The notes under the pieces: model-generated
Seen by the model: only the letters and a program-made list of their open reading frames with translations
Databases searched by the model: none
Told to the model about the DNA's origin: nothing
From: Deltaproteobacteria bacterium
Lineage (GTDB): Bacteria; Myxococcota_A; UBA9042; DTJE01
Assembly (NCBI GenBank): GCA_029547805.1
Contig: JAKPOP010000010.1
Span: forward strand, 680,452 to 744,451
DNA length: 64,000 nt
Direction of reading: 5' to 3'
Part shown: positions 18,157-27,985 of the stretch, one piece after another
Layout: each line of letters starts with the position of its first letter
Numbering within the stretch: the first letter of the stretch is position 1
Program-made: the position numbers and the translations under genes

Positions 18157-19214
18157 GGAGGAGTCCCCAGTACCACCCCCGGCGACACCCGTCCTCCCCC
18201 GCGGTAGGCTGGGGGCCCGGCCCGCTCCGGGAGGCGCTGTTGGCAGGCTTGTTGCTCCTGGGGGGACTGGTCTCCCCGGCGCTGCAGGCCCAGTCCCCAG
18301 AGGACCCCGGTCCGCCGGCAGCCGCCCCGGAGCCCGGGGAGGTCCGCATCGCCGTGGAGGGTCCCTCGGGACCAGTTCCCATCGGGTCCCCCGTCGAGGT
18401 GCGGTTCCACCTGGAGTACCCGGTCGGGACCCGGGTCTTCTTCCCCGAGAAGCCCGAGGTGGCGCCCCTGGTGCTGGTCGATGCCCGACACCAGGTCTCC
18501 CCGGTGCTGGGGATTTCCAGTTCCGAGGACCATGTCCTGAGGCTGCTGCCCGTCCGCCGGGGCGCGGCCCACGTACCTTCCTTCGAGGTTCCGTATGTCA
18601 CGGCCGCCGGGGAGGCCCGGACCGGCCGCACCCCCGAGGCGACCTTCGAGGTCGCCTCGGGGCTCGACGACACCGAGGCCCCGGAACTGGCCCCGGCGGG
18701 CAAGACCGTGCCGGTCCGGGTGCCGAACCTCCCACTGCTGATCGTGGCGGGCGTCCTGGCGGTCTCCCTGGTCGCCGCCGGGGGAGCCATCTGGGCCTGG
18801 AGGCGCTATCAGGCCTGGAAGGAGGCCCACCGGCCGCCGCCTCCCCCTCGGCCGGCCCACGAGGTGGCCCTGGAGAAACTGCGGGACCTGGAGGCCCGGG
18901 GCCTGGCCGAGGCCGGGGAGTTCCAGGCCCTGGCACTCGGAGTCTCGGAGGTCCTCCGAGAGTTCCTGGGAAACCTCCACGGGTTCCAGGGGGTGGACCT
19001 GACGACCTGGGAGGTCCTCCGGGCGGTCCAGGGCCGGGACCTGGGACGGGCCAATGCGATGGACCTGGAGGACTTTCTGTCCTTCTGCGACCTGGTGAAG
19101 TTTGCGAAGTACCAGCCTGCCCCCTCGGAGGGACAGGGAATCGTTCCCAGGGCCCGGGACATCGTGATGCGGGTGATGGAGGGGCGACCCGGGGGACCGG
19201 CCGCCGGGGCCTGA
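18153..19214 (+). CDS. Bat-operon membrane protein (signal peptide + central TM helix, DUF4381-like position)
   Basis: GTG start overlapping the DUF58 stop (GTGA). N-terminal ...LREALLAGLLLLGGLVSPALQAQ signal. TM LPLLIVAGVLAVSLVAAGGAIWAW. Not G/P/R-rich after the first 30 aa. Confidence 0.55.
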   Translation: MRRSPQYHPRRHPSSPAVGWGPGPLREALLAGLLLLGGLVSPALQAQSPEDPGPPAAAPEPGEVRIAVEGPSGPVPIGSPVEVRFHLEYPVGTRVFFPEKPEVAPLVLVDARHQVSPVLGISSSEDHVLRLLPVRRGAAHVPSFEVPYVTAAGEARTGRTPEATFEVASGLDDTEAPELAPAGKTVPVRVPNLPLLIVAGVLAVSLVAAGGAIWAWRRYQAWKEAHRPPPPPRPAHEVALEKLRDLEARGLAEAGEFQALALGVSEVLREFLGNLHGFQGVDLTTWEVLRAVQGRDLGRANAMDLEDFLSFCDLVKFAKYQPAPSEGQGIVPRARDIVMRVMEGRPGGPAAGA

Positions 19215-19226
19215 GGGAGGGGCGAC

Positions 19227-20339
19227 GTGCGATTCGAAAGCCCTTGGTTCCTGCTGCTGATCCTCCCTGCGGGTCTCCTCGTCGTCCTGGGCCTGCGACG
19301 GCAGCGCCGGGTGCCCCCGGCCCTCCTCTTTCCCTCGATCCGGGAGGTGAAGGCCCTGGGAAGGTCCTTCCGGGCCGCCTGGGCCGACCTTCCCCGGATG
19401 ATCCAGGGCGTCGCGGCGCTGCTGGCGGTGGTGGCCCTGGCACGCCCCCAGTTGCCCGAGGCCGACCAGATGGCCGGGGAAGGAGCGGACTACGCCATTG
19501 CCCTGGACATGTCGGGGTCCATGAACGCCGTGGACCGGAAGGCCGAAGAGATCCTGGAGTGGCACCGGAAGGGCCAGGAACCCCCGAATCGCTTCGAGAC
19601 GGCCCGCCAGGTCCTCCGGGAGTTCATGAAGGACCGGGTGGGGGACCGGGTGGCGATGGTGATCTTCAGCAGCAAGGCCTGGGTCAAGTTCCCCCTGACC
19701 ATGGACCGGGACGCGATGCTGCCCATCCTGGACTCCCTCGTGCTGGACGACCGCACCCGGGGCGGGGCCGGCCAGGAGACCTGCACGAACGGATGCACCA
19801 TCACCGGCGAGGCGACGGCCATCGGCGACGCCCTGGCCCGGGCCTACCGGAGGCTGCAGGACTCCCCGGCAAGGTCTCGGAACATCATCCTGATCACCGA
19901 CGGGGACAACAACGCGGGCAAGGCCGACCCCCTGGAGGTGGCCCGGTTCATCGCCCAGCAGTCGCCGGACCGGCCGGTGCGGGTCTGGACCTTCCTGGTG
20001 GGGACCGGGCGGGAGACCTGGCTCCCGGCGGTCCACGAGTTCACCGGCCAGCCCCTGCGGACCCCCGAGGGCCTCCGGGTCTACGAGCGGCCCAACCAGC
20101 CCTTCCCGGTGAACCCGGACCTCCTGCGGTCCATCGCCGAGGCGACGGGGGGAAAGGCCTTCGAGTCGACCAGCGCCGAGGAGTTCCGGAAGGCCTTCGA
20201 GAACCTGGAGCGGACCGAGTTCACCTCGGTTCCCCTGCGGCAATGGCGGGACATCTTCCTGTGGCCCCTGGTCCTGGCCCTGGTCCTGCTGGGACTGGGA
20301 GAGGTCCTGAGCCTGACGGCGTGGCGCCGGTGGCCTTGA
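19227..20339 (+). CDS. batA: BatA-like VWA-domain membrane protein
   Basis: GTG start with SD GAGGGAGGGG upstream. N-terminal TM. VWA MIDAS DMSGSM...ITDGDNN. C-terminal TM. Confidence 0.85.
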   Translation: MRFESPWFLLLILPAGLLVVLGLRRQRRVPPALLFPSIREVKALGRSFRAAWADLPRMIQGVAALLAVVALARPQLPEADQMAGEGADYAIALDMSGSMNAVDRKAEEILEWHRKGQEPPNRFETARQVLREFMKDRVGDRVAMVIFSSKAWVKFPLTMDRDAMLPILDSLVLDDRTRGGAGQETCTNGCTITGEATAIGDALARAYRRLQDSPARSRNIILITDGDNNAGKADPLEVARFIAQQSPDRPVRVWTFLVGTGRETWLPAVHEFTGQPLRTPEGLRVYERPNQPFPVNPDLLRSIAEATGGKAFESTSAEEFRKAFENLERTEFTSVPLRQWRDIFLWPLVLALVLLGLGEVLSLTAWRRWP

Positions 20340-20358
20340 GGAGCCCGGGGGCGGAGAG

Positions 20359-22848
20359 GTGCAGATGTGGCGCATCGAGGACATCCGCTGGGGCAACGGG
20401 GACTGGTGGCCTCTGCTGCTGCTTCCCCTGCTGCTGATCCCGCTCTACGTCGCCCTGGGGGTCTTCCGGCGTCGGGTGGAACGGGGCTTCAGCGGCCGTT
20501 CGCTGGTGCCGGCGATGCTCGAGGGGATGGCACCCTGGCGGCGCTTCCTGTCGGGCCTGGCGGTGATCCTGGCCCTGGAGGCCCTGACCGTCGCCTGCCT
20601 GCGGCCCCGCTGGGGCCTCAAGGAGGTGACGATCCAGGGTACCGGACTGGACGTCTGCCTGGTCCTCGACGCCAGCCGCTCAATGAAGACCCCCGACGTC
20701 TCCCCGGACCGCCTGACCGCCGCGACGGTGGAGATCTCGCGGTTGATGGAGGCTGCGCCGGGCCATCGGTGGGCGCTGGTGCCCTTTGCGGGACTCGCCT
20801 TCATCCAGAGTCCCTTGACGGTGGACACCGCGGTGGTCCGTCAGTACCTGGCCGACCTCCAGGTGACCGATATCCCGGTTCCGGGAACCGCCATCGGACG
20901 GGCCCTGGCCGTGGCCGCCTCGGCCCTTGGAGTGGACCGGGAGGACCCCACCGGCGCCGCGAAGGTGGTGGTCCTGTTCACCGACGGGGAGAACCACGAG
21001 GGGGACCCCCAGAAGGTCGCCGACGCCCTGAAAGAGAAGGGGGTGCGAATCTACACCGTCGGTGTCGGGACCCCCGCCGGACAGCCGCTGCCGATCCTGG
21101 ACGACCAGGGGGCCGTGACCGGCACCGCCCGTGAGGCCGACGGCACGACCCCGATCCTGTCGAAACTGAACGAGGACCTCCTCCGGGACATGGCCACTCG
21201 GACCGGGGGGACCTACCTCGCCCTCACGCCCGGATCCGACGTCGCCGGCGCCCTCGCCCAGGCCTTCCTGGGGCTCCAGAAGGCCGACTATCAGGCCCGG
21301 GTCTCCCGGCTGCTGGAGGAGCGCTACGGCTGGCCGCTCGGGGTGGCGCTGGTGCTCATGATGGTCCCCTTCCTGCTGGCTGGCGGAGCGGCCCGCCGGA
21401 AGGGGGCGCTGCTGCTGGTGGCGGGGTGGACCCTGGGTCTGGCGCCGTCACCCGCCACGGCCCGTCCGCTGGAGTGGCCAGGCTTCCTGCTCCGGGAGCA
21501 CCCGGACGTGCGGAAGGCCCGAAAGGACCTGGAGGAGGGACGCACCGCCGATGCGGTGCAGGCCCTGAAGGCCCTCACGGAGGAGATGCCGGGCCGGGCG
21601 GACCTCTGGTACGACCTGGCCCTGGCCCAGGAGGCGGCCGGGGACCTGGACCCGGCGATCGACAGCGCCCGGAAGGCCCTCGCAACGCTCCAGGCCGCCC
21701 GGCAGGTCCCCCGGGACTGGCCCTCGGAGGCCCGGATGCAGCACCTGTTGGGGACGCTGCTGGGGCGCAAGGCGATGGCCCGGTCCGAGGCCAAGGATCC
21801 CCCCCGCAAGGTCCGGGAGACCTGGCGGGAAGCGGTGGCGGCACTGACCCGGGCGGTGCTGCTGGACCCCTCCGCCCAGGACTCCCGTCGGAACCTGGAA
21901 CTGGCCTCCGACGCCGCCTGGCCCCCCTGCTCCCGGCTCGACGACTCCTACGAGCCGAACCCCGATGCGGCCCATGCCCAGTTCCTGCCCGTGGATCCGA
22001 ACACCCAGCAGGCCCGGGAGGACCTGTGGCTCTGCCCGGGGGACGAGGACTGGTTCCGGTTCCCGATGCGCGCCGGGGAGACGATCTTCGTGTCGGCGGT
22101 GGAGCCTCCCGAGGAGGGAGGGGGGGACGGAAACGGCGGAGGAGGCAACGGCAACCAGCCCTCGCCGGCCCGGGTGGACCTGACGATCCGATCGGCCGAC
22201 GGAACGGCCCTCTCCGCTCCGGGGAAGCAGGCCCGGTTCCGGGCCGACGGGCCAGACCCGGTGCTGGTCCAGGTGACGGGCCCCCGGGAGGAGGACGGCC
22301 TCCCCTACCGCCTGGAGGTCCGCCTGGTGCCGCCCTGCCCCGCCGGAGACGACGGGATGGAGCCCAACGACACCGAGGACCAGGCCCGGCCGGTGGAGGA
22401 CGGGGACCACGGCCTGCGGGCCTGCCCGGGCAACGAGGACTGGTTCCAGTACACCGAGAAGCAGGGCACCCGAAAGGACGTCTCGGTGTCCTGGGAGTCC
22501 GGCGAGGGCCCTCTGGAGGTGGAGGTTGTCAGCGCCGACGGCGCCCGGCTCGAGGTCGCCTCGGCGTCCCGGGAGGGTCGGGAGGTCCGCACCGCGAGCC
22601 TCCCGAAGGCGGAGCAGGAGGCCCCCTTCCGGATCCACGTCCGGTCCGGCCGGGGCGAGGCCTTCTACCAGTTGTCGATCCGGGACGGCAAGGGCGGCGG
22701 AAACGACTCGTCCCCGACGCCCCAGGCCGGATCCCAGGCCCTCCGGGACCTGCTTGAGTCCGTGGACCGGAACGAGCAGAATCTGGAGGCCCAGGAGGCG
22801 ACCCGGAAGTCCCCCTGGAAGGACCGGGTGCCCGACAAGGACTGGTAG
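20359..22848 (+). CDS. BatB/BatC-like fusion: TM + VWA domain + TPR region + C-terminal bacterial pre-peptidase-like beta domains
   Basis: 829 aa. VWA DASRSM...FTDGENH. TPR-like helices around LWYDLALAQEAAGDLDPAI. Two repeated C-terminal segments with CPGDEDWFRF / CPGNEDWFQY (PPC-like). Start is GTG 20359 or ATG 20365. Confidence 0.8.
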   Translation: MQMWRIEDIRWGNGDWWPLLLLPLLLIPLYVALGVFRRRVERGFSGRSLVPAMLEGMAPWRRFLSGLAVILALEALTVACLRPRWGLKEVTIQGTGLDVCLVLDASRSMKTPDVSPDRLTAATVEISRLMEAAPGHRWALVPFAGLAFIQSPLTVDTAVVRQYLADLQVTDIPVPGTAIGRALAVAASALGVDREDPTGAAKVVVLFTDGENHEGDPQKVADALKEKGVRIYTVGVGTPAGQPLPILDDQGAVTGTAREADGTTPILSKLNEDLLRDMATRTGGTYLALTPGSDVAGALAQAFLGLQKADYQARVSRLLEERYGWPLGVALVLMMVPFLLAGGAARRKGALLLVAGWTLGLAPSPATARPLEWPGFLLREHPDVRKARKDLEEGRTADAVQALKALTEEMPGRADLWYDLALAQEAAGDLDPAIDSARKALATLQAARQVPRDWPSEARMQHLLGTLLGRKAMARSEAKDPPRKVRETWREAVAALTRAVLLDPSAQDSRRNLELASDAAWPPCSRLDDSYEPNPDAAHAQFLPVDPNTQQAREDLWLCPGDEDWFRFPMRAGETIFVSAVEPPEEGGGDGNGGGGNGNQPSPARVDLTIRSADGTALSAPGKQARFRADGPDPVLVQVTGPREEDGLPYRLEVRLVPPCPAGDDGMEPNDTEDQARPVEDGDHGLRACPGNEDWFQYTEKQGTRKDVSVSWESGEGPLEVEVVSADGARLEVASASREGREVRTASLPKAEQEAPFRIHVRSGRGEAFYQLSIRDGKGGGNDSSPTPQAGSQALRDLLESVDRNEQNLEAQEATRKSPWKDRVPDKDW

Positions 22849-22863
22849 CGGCGGGGTGGGCCC

Positions 22864-24687
22864 ATGCGACGGACCTGGTGCCTGTGGGCAATCCTGGCCT
22901 GCCCGGTGCTGGCCCGGGCCCAGTCCGTCGAGGTGACCCTGGACCCGCCGACGATCACCCTGGAGGACACCGCGACCCTGACCGTGATCCTCGAGGGTTC
23001 CTTCGACGACGTCCGGGGGCCCGAGATGCCGGACCTTCAGGTGGTCGGGCGGTCCTCCGGGACCTCGGTGACGGTGATCAACGGCCGCATGAGCCAGCAG
23101 CAGCGCATCGTCCTGCGGATCGCCCCGCAGCGCACGGGGCAGCTCACCATCGGGCCCGTGCAACTGGTCCAGCGAGGACGGGTGATCGCCGAGTCCCGTC
23201 GGCTCACGCTCCGGGTCTTGCCCCGGGGATCCCCCCTGCCCGCGTCGCCCCCGAGCCCGGCGCCTCCGGCCCCTGGCAACGGGACGCCGGAGGCCGCCCC
23301 GGAGGAGCCCCAGGCCGATCCTCCCCGGGACGTCGGAGGCCGGTCGCCCGGTCGCGAGATCGGAAGGCCCGCCTTCCTGTGGGTTCGGACCCTGGACCGG
23401 CCGGTCTACCTGGGCGAGCCCATTCCGGTGGAGTATCTGCTCTACGTGCGGTCGGACTGGCCCCTCTCGGCCCTGTCGATGGACTCGAACCCGTCCCTTC
23501 GGGGCTTCGTGGCGGAGCAGGCCCAGACGGACCCCCAACAGGTGCGCCGGGAGCGCCCGGGGAACGGGCCCACCTACGACGTCCGGACCCTCTGGAAGGG
23601 TGCCGTGACCCCCCTGCAGGCGGGTCGGGTGGTGCTGGACCCCATGCGGGTGACATTGACGGTCGGGGACCTCTTCAGCCGTCGGCGCGTCCCCATCGCC
23701 TCAGATCCGGTGACCTTGACGGTGCTTCCGGTCCCCAAAGAGGGGCGGCCGGCGGACTGGGTCGAGGGCCTGGTGGGGACCTTCGGCCTCCGGGCCCGGG
23801 TCGATCGGCAGGCCCTCCAGGTCGGGGAGTCGGCGTTGCTGACCGTGGAGGTCACCGGCAGCGGAAACCTCGCCGCCCTGAAACCTCCCGATCTCCGGCT
23901 GCCAGATCGGGTTCGGGTGAGTCGGGTGCCCTCCCAGGACCTGGACGAGCGAGTGGTGGACCAGGCCGGGGTCTCGGGGCGCCGGACGTTCCAGTTCCTG
24001 CTGGCCCCAAGGGAACCAGGTGAGGTGGAGATCCCCCGGATCGACCTGGCCTTCTTCAACCCGGTGACCGGGAAGTTCGAGCGGGCCCGCACCGACCCGA
24101 TTCGCCTCCAGGTGACCGGGAGCGGCGACCGTCCGGACGCCGTGGCGAGGAGCCACGAGCCCCGGCTGATCCTGGTGGACCGTTTCCCCGAATCGCCGGC
24201 CCAGGACCTTCCCGTGGCTCCGTCCTCCGGCATTCCCTGGGGCCTCCTGGGATTCCCGGTGGCCCTCTGGGTCGGGCTCGAGGGCTGGGCATGGCGGAGG
24301 CGATCCCTGCAGCGGGATCCTCGGGCGGCGGTCCGACGAGCCGCCCTCCGAACGGCCCTTCGGGGACTGGCGGAGGCCCGGCGAGCCGACCTGCCACCCG
24401 CGGCATTCTGGGCCGCCCTGGAGACCCTCCTGCGGGACTTCCTGCGGGCCCGCCTGGACCTGCCGCCGGGACTGTCGCCCACGGAGGTGGCCCGATCCCT
24501 GGCCGAACGGGGCGTCCGGCCGCCCCTCGCAGCGGCGGTGCAGCAGGAACTGGAGGCCTGCGCCTTCGGCCGCTTCGCGCCCTCGGCGGTGCAGGACGGC
24601 GACCGACAGGCCGCCCTGGTCCGGGTGGAGCAGGCCCTGCGGGAACTGGACGCCGCCCGTCCCGATCGAGCGGGAGGACCCCGATGA
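22864..24687 (+). CDS. batD: BatD-like protein
   Basis: 607 aa with signal peptide MRRTWCLWAILACPVLARAQ. N-terminal beta-rich region, central Pro/Ala-rich linker, C-terminal TM plus cytoplasmic tail, as in BatD/oxygen-tolerance proteins. Confidence 0.8.
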   Translation: MRRTWCLWAILACPVLARAQSVEVTLDPPTITLEDTATLTVILEGSFDDVRGPEMPDLQVVGRSSGTSVTVINGRMSQQQRIVLRIAPQRTGQLTIGPVQLVQRGRVIAESRRLTLRVLPRGSPLPASPPSPAPPAPGNGTPEAAPEEPQADPPRDVGGRSPGREIGRPAFLWVRTLDRPVYLGEPIPVEYLLYVRSDWPLSALSMDSNPSLRGFVAEQAQTDPQQVRRERPGNGPTYDVRTLWKGAVTPLQAGRVVLDPMRVTLTVGDLFSRRRVPIASDPVTLTVLPVPKEGRPADWVEGLVGTFGLRARVDRQALQVGESALLTVEVTGSGNLAALKPPDLRLPDRVRVSRVPSQDLDERVVDQAGVSGRRTFQFLLAPREPGEVEIPRIDLAFFNPVTGKFERARTDPIRLQVTGSGDRPDAVARSHEPRLILVDRFPESPAQDLPVAPSSGIPWGLLGFPVALWVGLEGWAWRRRSLQRDPRAAVRRAALRTALRGLAEARRADLPPAAFWAALETLLRDFLRARLDLPPGLSPTEVARSLAERGVRPPLAAAVQQELEACAFGRFAPSAVQDGDRQAALVRVEQALRELDAARPDRAGGPR

Positions 24688-25460
24688 GGGTCGCGCCCCT
24701 CTTCCTGCTGCTGGGCCTCGCGGCCTCGACGACGGCCCGGGCCGGGACCCTGGAGGACCGCTTCCGGGAAGGCGTCGATGCCCTGCGGACGGGACGGCCC
24801 GAGGAGGCGGCGGGGGTCTTCCGGGAACTGGCGACCCGGTACGGATTGGACGCCCCGGAGGTCCTGCTGGACCTCGCCGTGGCCGAGTTCGAGGCGGGGC
24901 GCCCGGGACCCGCCATCGCCGCCCTGCATCGCGTGATTCGCCGGGACCCCCGGGGCCCCCTGGCCGAAACGGCACGCATCAACCTGTCCCGGGCCCGGGC
25001 CCTCCTGTCCGAGGAGGCCGGCAAGGGGCCCAAGGCCTTCGTCTTCAGCCCCTACACCGATGCCTGGACCCTGCTGGCCGGGTGGATCTCCCCCAGGATC
25101 GCACTCGGCATCTTCGTGGGGCTCTGGTGGGCCTTCCTGCTGGGCCTCGCCGCGTTTCGCTGGCCTGGGTCCGGGGCCTGGAGGCGCTTCCTGGCAGGAC
25201 CCGTCGTGGCCCTGGGCATCGCGTGCCTCCTGGCCGGAGGCCTCGCCTGGGCCTCGGATCGGGTCTCCCGCTACACCGTGGGCGTGATCATCGGTTCCCG
25301 AACCGCACTGCTTCCGGACCCGGCGGCCCTGGAACCGACCCTCGTGCTCCCGGAGGGGCTGGAGGTCCGGGTGCTGGAGGTCCGGGGGGGCCTCGCCCGG
25401 GTCCGGCTCTCCTCGGGGGGCGAGGGCTACGTGCCCGAGCAGTCCATCGAGATTCCGTGA
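24684..25460 (+). CDS. BatE-like TPR / SH3-like domain membrane protein
   Basis: ATG overlaps the batD stop (ATGA). Signal peptide, TPR-like helices, two TM helices, C-terminal SH3b-like RVLEVRGGLARVRLSSGGEGYVPEQSIE. Confidence 0.65.
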   Translation: MRVAPLFLLLGLAASTTARAGTLEDRFREGVDALRTGRPEEAAGVFRELATRYGLDAPEVLLDLAVAEFEAGRPGPAIAALHRVIRRDPRGPLAETARINLSRARALLSEEAGKGPKAFVFSPYTDAWTLLAGWISPRIALGIFVGLWWAFLLGLAAFRWPGSGAWRRFLAGPVVALGIACLLAGGLAWASDRVSRYTVGVIIGSRTALLPDPAALEPTLVLPEGLEVRVLEVRGGLARVRLSSGGEGYVPEQSIEIP

Positions 25461-25470
25461 GGTCCTCCCC

Positions 25471-26565
25471 ATGCGCGTCTTGGCCCTGGGAAACTTCGAC
25501 ACGGGACGACGGGAGGTCCGGCCTCAGATCGAGGCCCTCGCCCGGCACTTCGAGTCCGAGGGAATCGAGGTGATCCGGGCCTCCTTCGCCCCCTCGAAGG
25601 TCGGCAAGGCCCTGGACGTGGCCCGGGTGCTGGCACGTCCTCCGGGGGGCGTCGCGAGCCTGGACGCGGTGGTGGCCCAGGTCCTCACGGACCTGAACCT
25701 GGCCGTCGCGGCGATGGCGGTCCCCTGGGGACGGGTCCGGGGCGTGCCCGTCATCCTGCTCTACCACGGGGGATGGTCCCGATTCGGGTCCGCCGAGGCC
25801 CTGTTCCACCACCTGGGGTGGGCCCTGGCGCCCCTGTTCCGGAGCGCCTTCGAGGTGCAGGTGGCCTCCCCGTTCCTGGGCAACGTGCTGGCGGGGCACC
25901 GGGTCCCCTGCTCCATCGTCCCCCACGTGTTGGCGGGGGAATGGCAGCAGTGGCGAATCCGTGACCGGATGCAACCGCGGATCCTGTGGCTCCGGGCCTT
26001 CCACCCGATCTATGACCCCCACCTGGCCCTGGACGTGTTCCGGGAGGTCCGTCGGGCCCTGCCCCGGGCCTCGATGACCATGGTGGCCGAGGGGATGCTG
26101 GAACAGGAGATCCGGCAGCGCGTGGCCCGGGAAGGCATTCCCGACGTGACGTTCCGCAAGGGGCTCTCGCTCCCGGAACTCATGGCGACGGTGCTGGAAC
26201 ACGACCTCTTCCTCCACACGAACCGGGTGGACAACCAGCCCCTGTCGTTGATCGAGGCCTTTTCCACGGGGATGCCGGCGGTGACGACCTCGGGCGGGGG
26301 AATGCCATTCCTGTTCCATGACGGCGAGGCGGGGTTCCAGCGGCCTCCCGGCGATGTCCAGGGGCTCGCCGAGGCGGTCATCCGGATGGCCACCGAGGAG
26401 GGGCTGGCCAGGCGCCTCAGCGAGGGGGCGCTGGAAGTGGCCCGACGCCACCGTTGGGAGACGCTCCGGGCCCCCTGGATGGACCTCCTGGAACGGGCCC
26501 GGGAGGCCCGTCACCGGGGACCGGGCCGGTCAGGGCGAACATCGAGGCCAGCACCGAGGTTGTGA
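25471..26565 (+). CDS. Glycosyltransferase family 4 (GT-B, group 1)
   Basis: 364 aa. C-terminal GT1 motif region EAFSTGMPAVTTSGGGMPFLFHDGEAGF. Its 3' end overlaps the convergent Wzy-like gene. Confidence 0.8.
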   Translation: MRVLALGNFDTGRREVRPQIEALARHFESEGIEVIRASFAPSKVGKALDVARVLARPPGGVASLDAVVAQVLTDLNLAVAAMAVPWGRVRGVPVILLYHGGWSRFGSAEALFHHLGWALAPLFRSAFEVQVASPFLGNVLAGHRVPCSIVPHVLAGEWQQWRIRDRMQPRILWLRAFHPIYDPHLALDVFREVRRALPRASMTMVAEGMLEQEIRQRVAREGIPDVTFRKGLSLPELMATVLEHDLFLHTNRVDNQPLSLIEAFSTGMPAVTTSGGGMPFLFHDGEAGFQRPPGDVQGLAEAVIRMATEEGLARRLSEGALEVARRHRWETLRAPWMDLLERAREARHRGPGRSGRTSRPAPRL

Positions 26566-27841
26566 GCCCGCTGATCAGGAACTCGCTGGTGATCATGCCC
26601 CCGAGGATGGTCCCCCACATCACGAACCCCTCGGGGCTCCGGGCCACGTCGGGGTCCCGGAGGGACGCGAGGACCGCCAGCAGCAGGAACAGGTGGAGGG
26701 CCGTCGCGGCGGGGATCCCGTAGTAGAGGAAGGGGGCGATGTAGCCGTTGTGACCGGTGGCCTCGAAGGCGACGGCCATGCCCTCGATGCCCCCCATCCC
26801 GAACACCAGTTCGTCCCAGCGCAACAGGCCATCCTGGTAGTAGCGGATCTGGTCCTGCCACAGGCGCACCCGGATGGCTGCGGACCCCTTCAGGGCCCCC
26901 TCCTCGTAGGCCTTCTCGACCCCTTCCTCGATCAGGCCGGGGATCGTCACGGGGGCATCCCCCTGAGGCACCCGGACCTGGAGCATCGCCAGCACCACCG
27001 CGGCGGTGATCAGCAGGCCCGCCACGCCGACCTTGGACCCCTGGCGGGCGAACAACAGCACCCCCACGAGCCCGATGGCACTGGCAACGAAGCCCGCTCG
27101 GGACAGGGCGAAGACCACCGAGACCACCGAGAGGGTCAGCAACAGCAGCCCCGAGAGTCGCCCCAGGGCCCGGCGATTCACCACCGCGGTGGTGGCCCAG
27201 ACGATGCCCAGAGACCCGATGCCCCCGACCTCCCAGGGGCCTGAATAGGCCCCGACCGCCCGGACCTGGTGCATCTCCCAGGTGGACTCGTAGGCCGTGT
27301 GGTTGAACAGGTCGAAGATCAGGGGAGAGAAGCGGTCCAGGGCCACCAGCGACGCAGCCAGAAACAGGCTCAGGGAGAGGGATCGGATGGCCAGGACCTG
27401 GTCCCGCCGGGTCCGGACCCAGGACAGCAGGATCACCGGCGGCGCCAGGTACCGGAGGTCCGAAAAGACCTGCTCCGCGACCTTGGCCCAGCCCAGGCCC
27501 GGCAGCCAGGGGTGCCGGTACCACAGCACGAGCAGGCCGTAGAGGTGCAACACCGCCAGGAGGACCAGCAGGCGGAGGGTCCACCGCAGCGTCGGCGTGG
27601 CGTCCCGGATCCCCTCCCGGAACGGACGCCAGGCCCAGACCGTCCGGAACAGGCACAGCAGGAGGTACCAGTTCTGGAGGCCCATGCGCTGCCAGGGCAG
27701 CAGGTCCCGCACCAGGGGATGGGGATGGAGCATCACCAGGGGCCACATCATCGCCAGGGCGACCCGGGGTCGCAGCAGCGTCGCGACGCAGGCCACGGCC
27801 CAGCACCCGATGTAGGCGGCCAGGTAGATCGTCGGGATCAT
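26417..27841 (-). CDS. O-antigen ligase/polymerase (Wzy_C / WaaL-like) polytopic membrane protein
   Basis: 474 aa with about 10-12 TM helices and a large periplasmic loop with Wzy_C-like content. Gly/Pro-rich C-terminal tail. Confidence 0.7.
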   Translation of the reverse strand: MIPTIYLAAYIGCWAVACVATLLRPRVALAMMWPLVMLHPHPLVRDLLPWQRMGLQNWYLLLCLFRTVWAWRPFREGIRDATPTLRWTLRLLVLLAVLHLYGLLVLWYRHPWLPGLGWAKVAEQVFSDLRYLAPPVILLSWVRTRRDQVLAIRSLSLSLFLAASLVALDRFSPLIFDLFNHTAYESTWEMHQVRAVGAYSGPWEVGGIGSLGIVWATTAVVNRRALGRLSGLLLLTLSVVSVVFALSRAGFVASAIGLVGVLLFARQGSKVGVAGLLITAAVVLAMLQVRVPQGDAPVTIPGLIEEGVEKAYEEGALKGSAAIRVRLWQDQIRYYQDGLLRWDELVFGMGGIEGMAVAFEATGHNGYIAPFLYYGIPAATALHLFLLLAVLASLRDPDVARSPEGFVMWGTILGGMITSEFLISGLTTSVLASMFALTGPVPGDGPPGPVPGGPSRGPGASPNGGVGPLPAPPR

Positions 27842-27985
27842 GGGTGCCTTCCCCGCTGGCGGATCCTACCACCCCCGGGGGGGATCGGCTTCTCGCGCCA
27901 GAATGCATGCGCCCGGGACCGGGCGAAGGGTGGACGACAACCGCCCTCTTGTAGGATGATCCGGCCACTCGACCGGAGAGGATCC

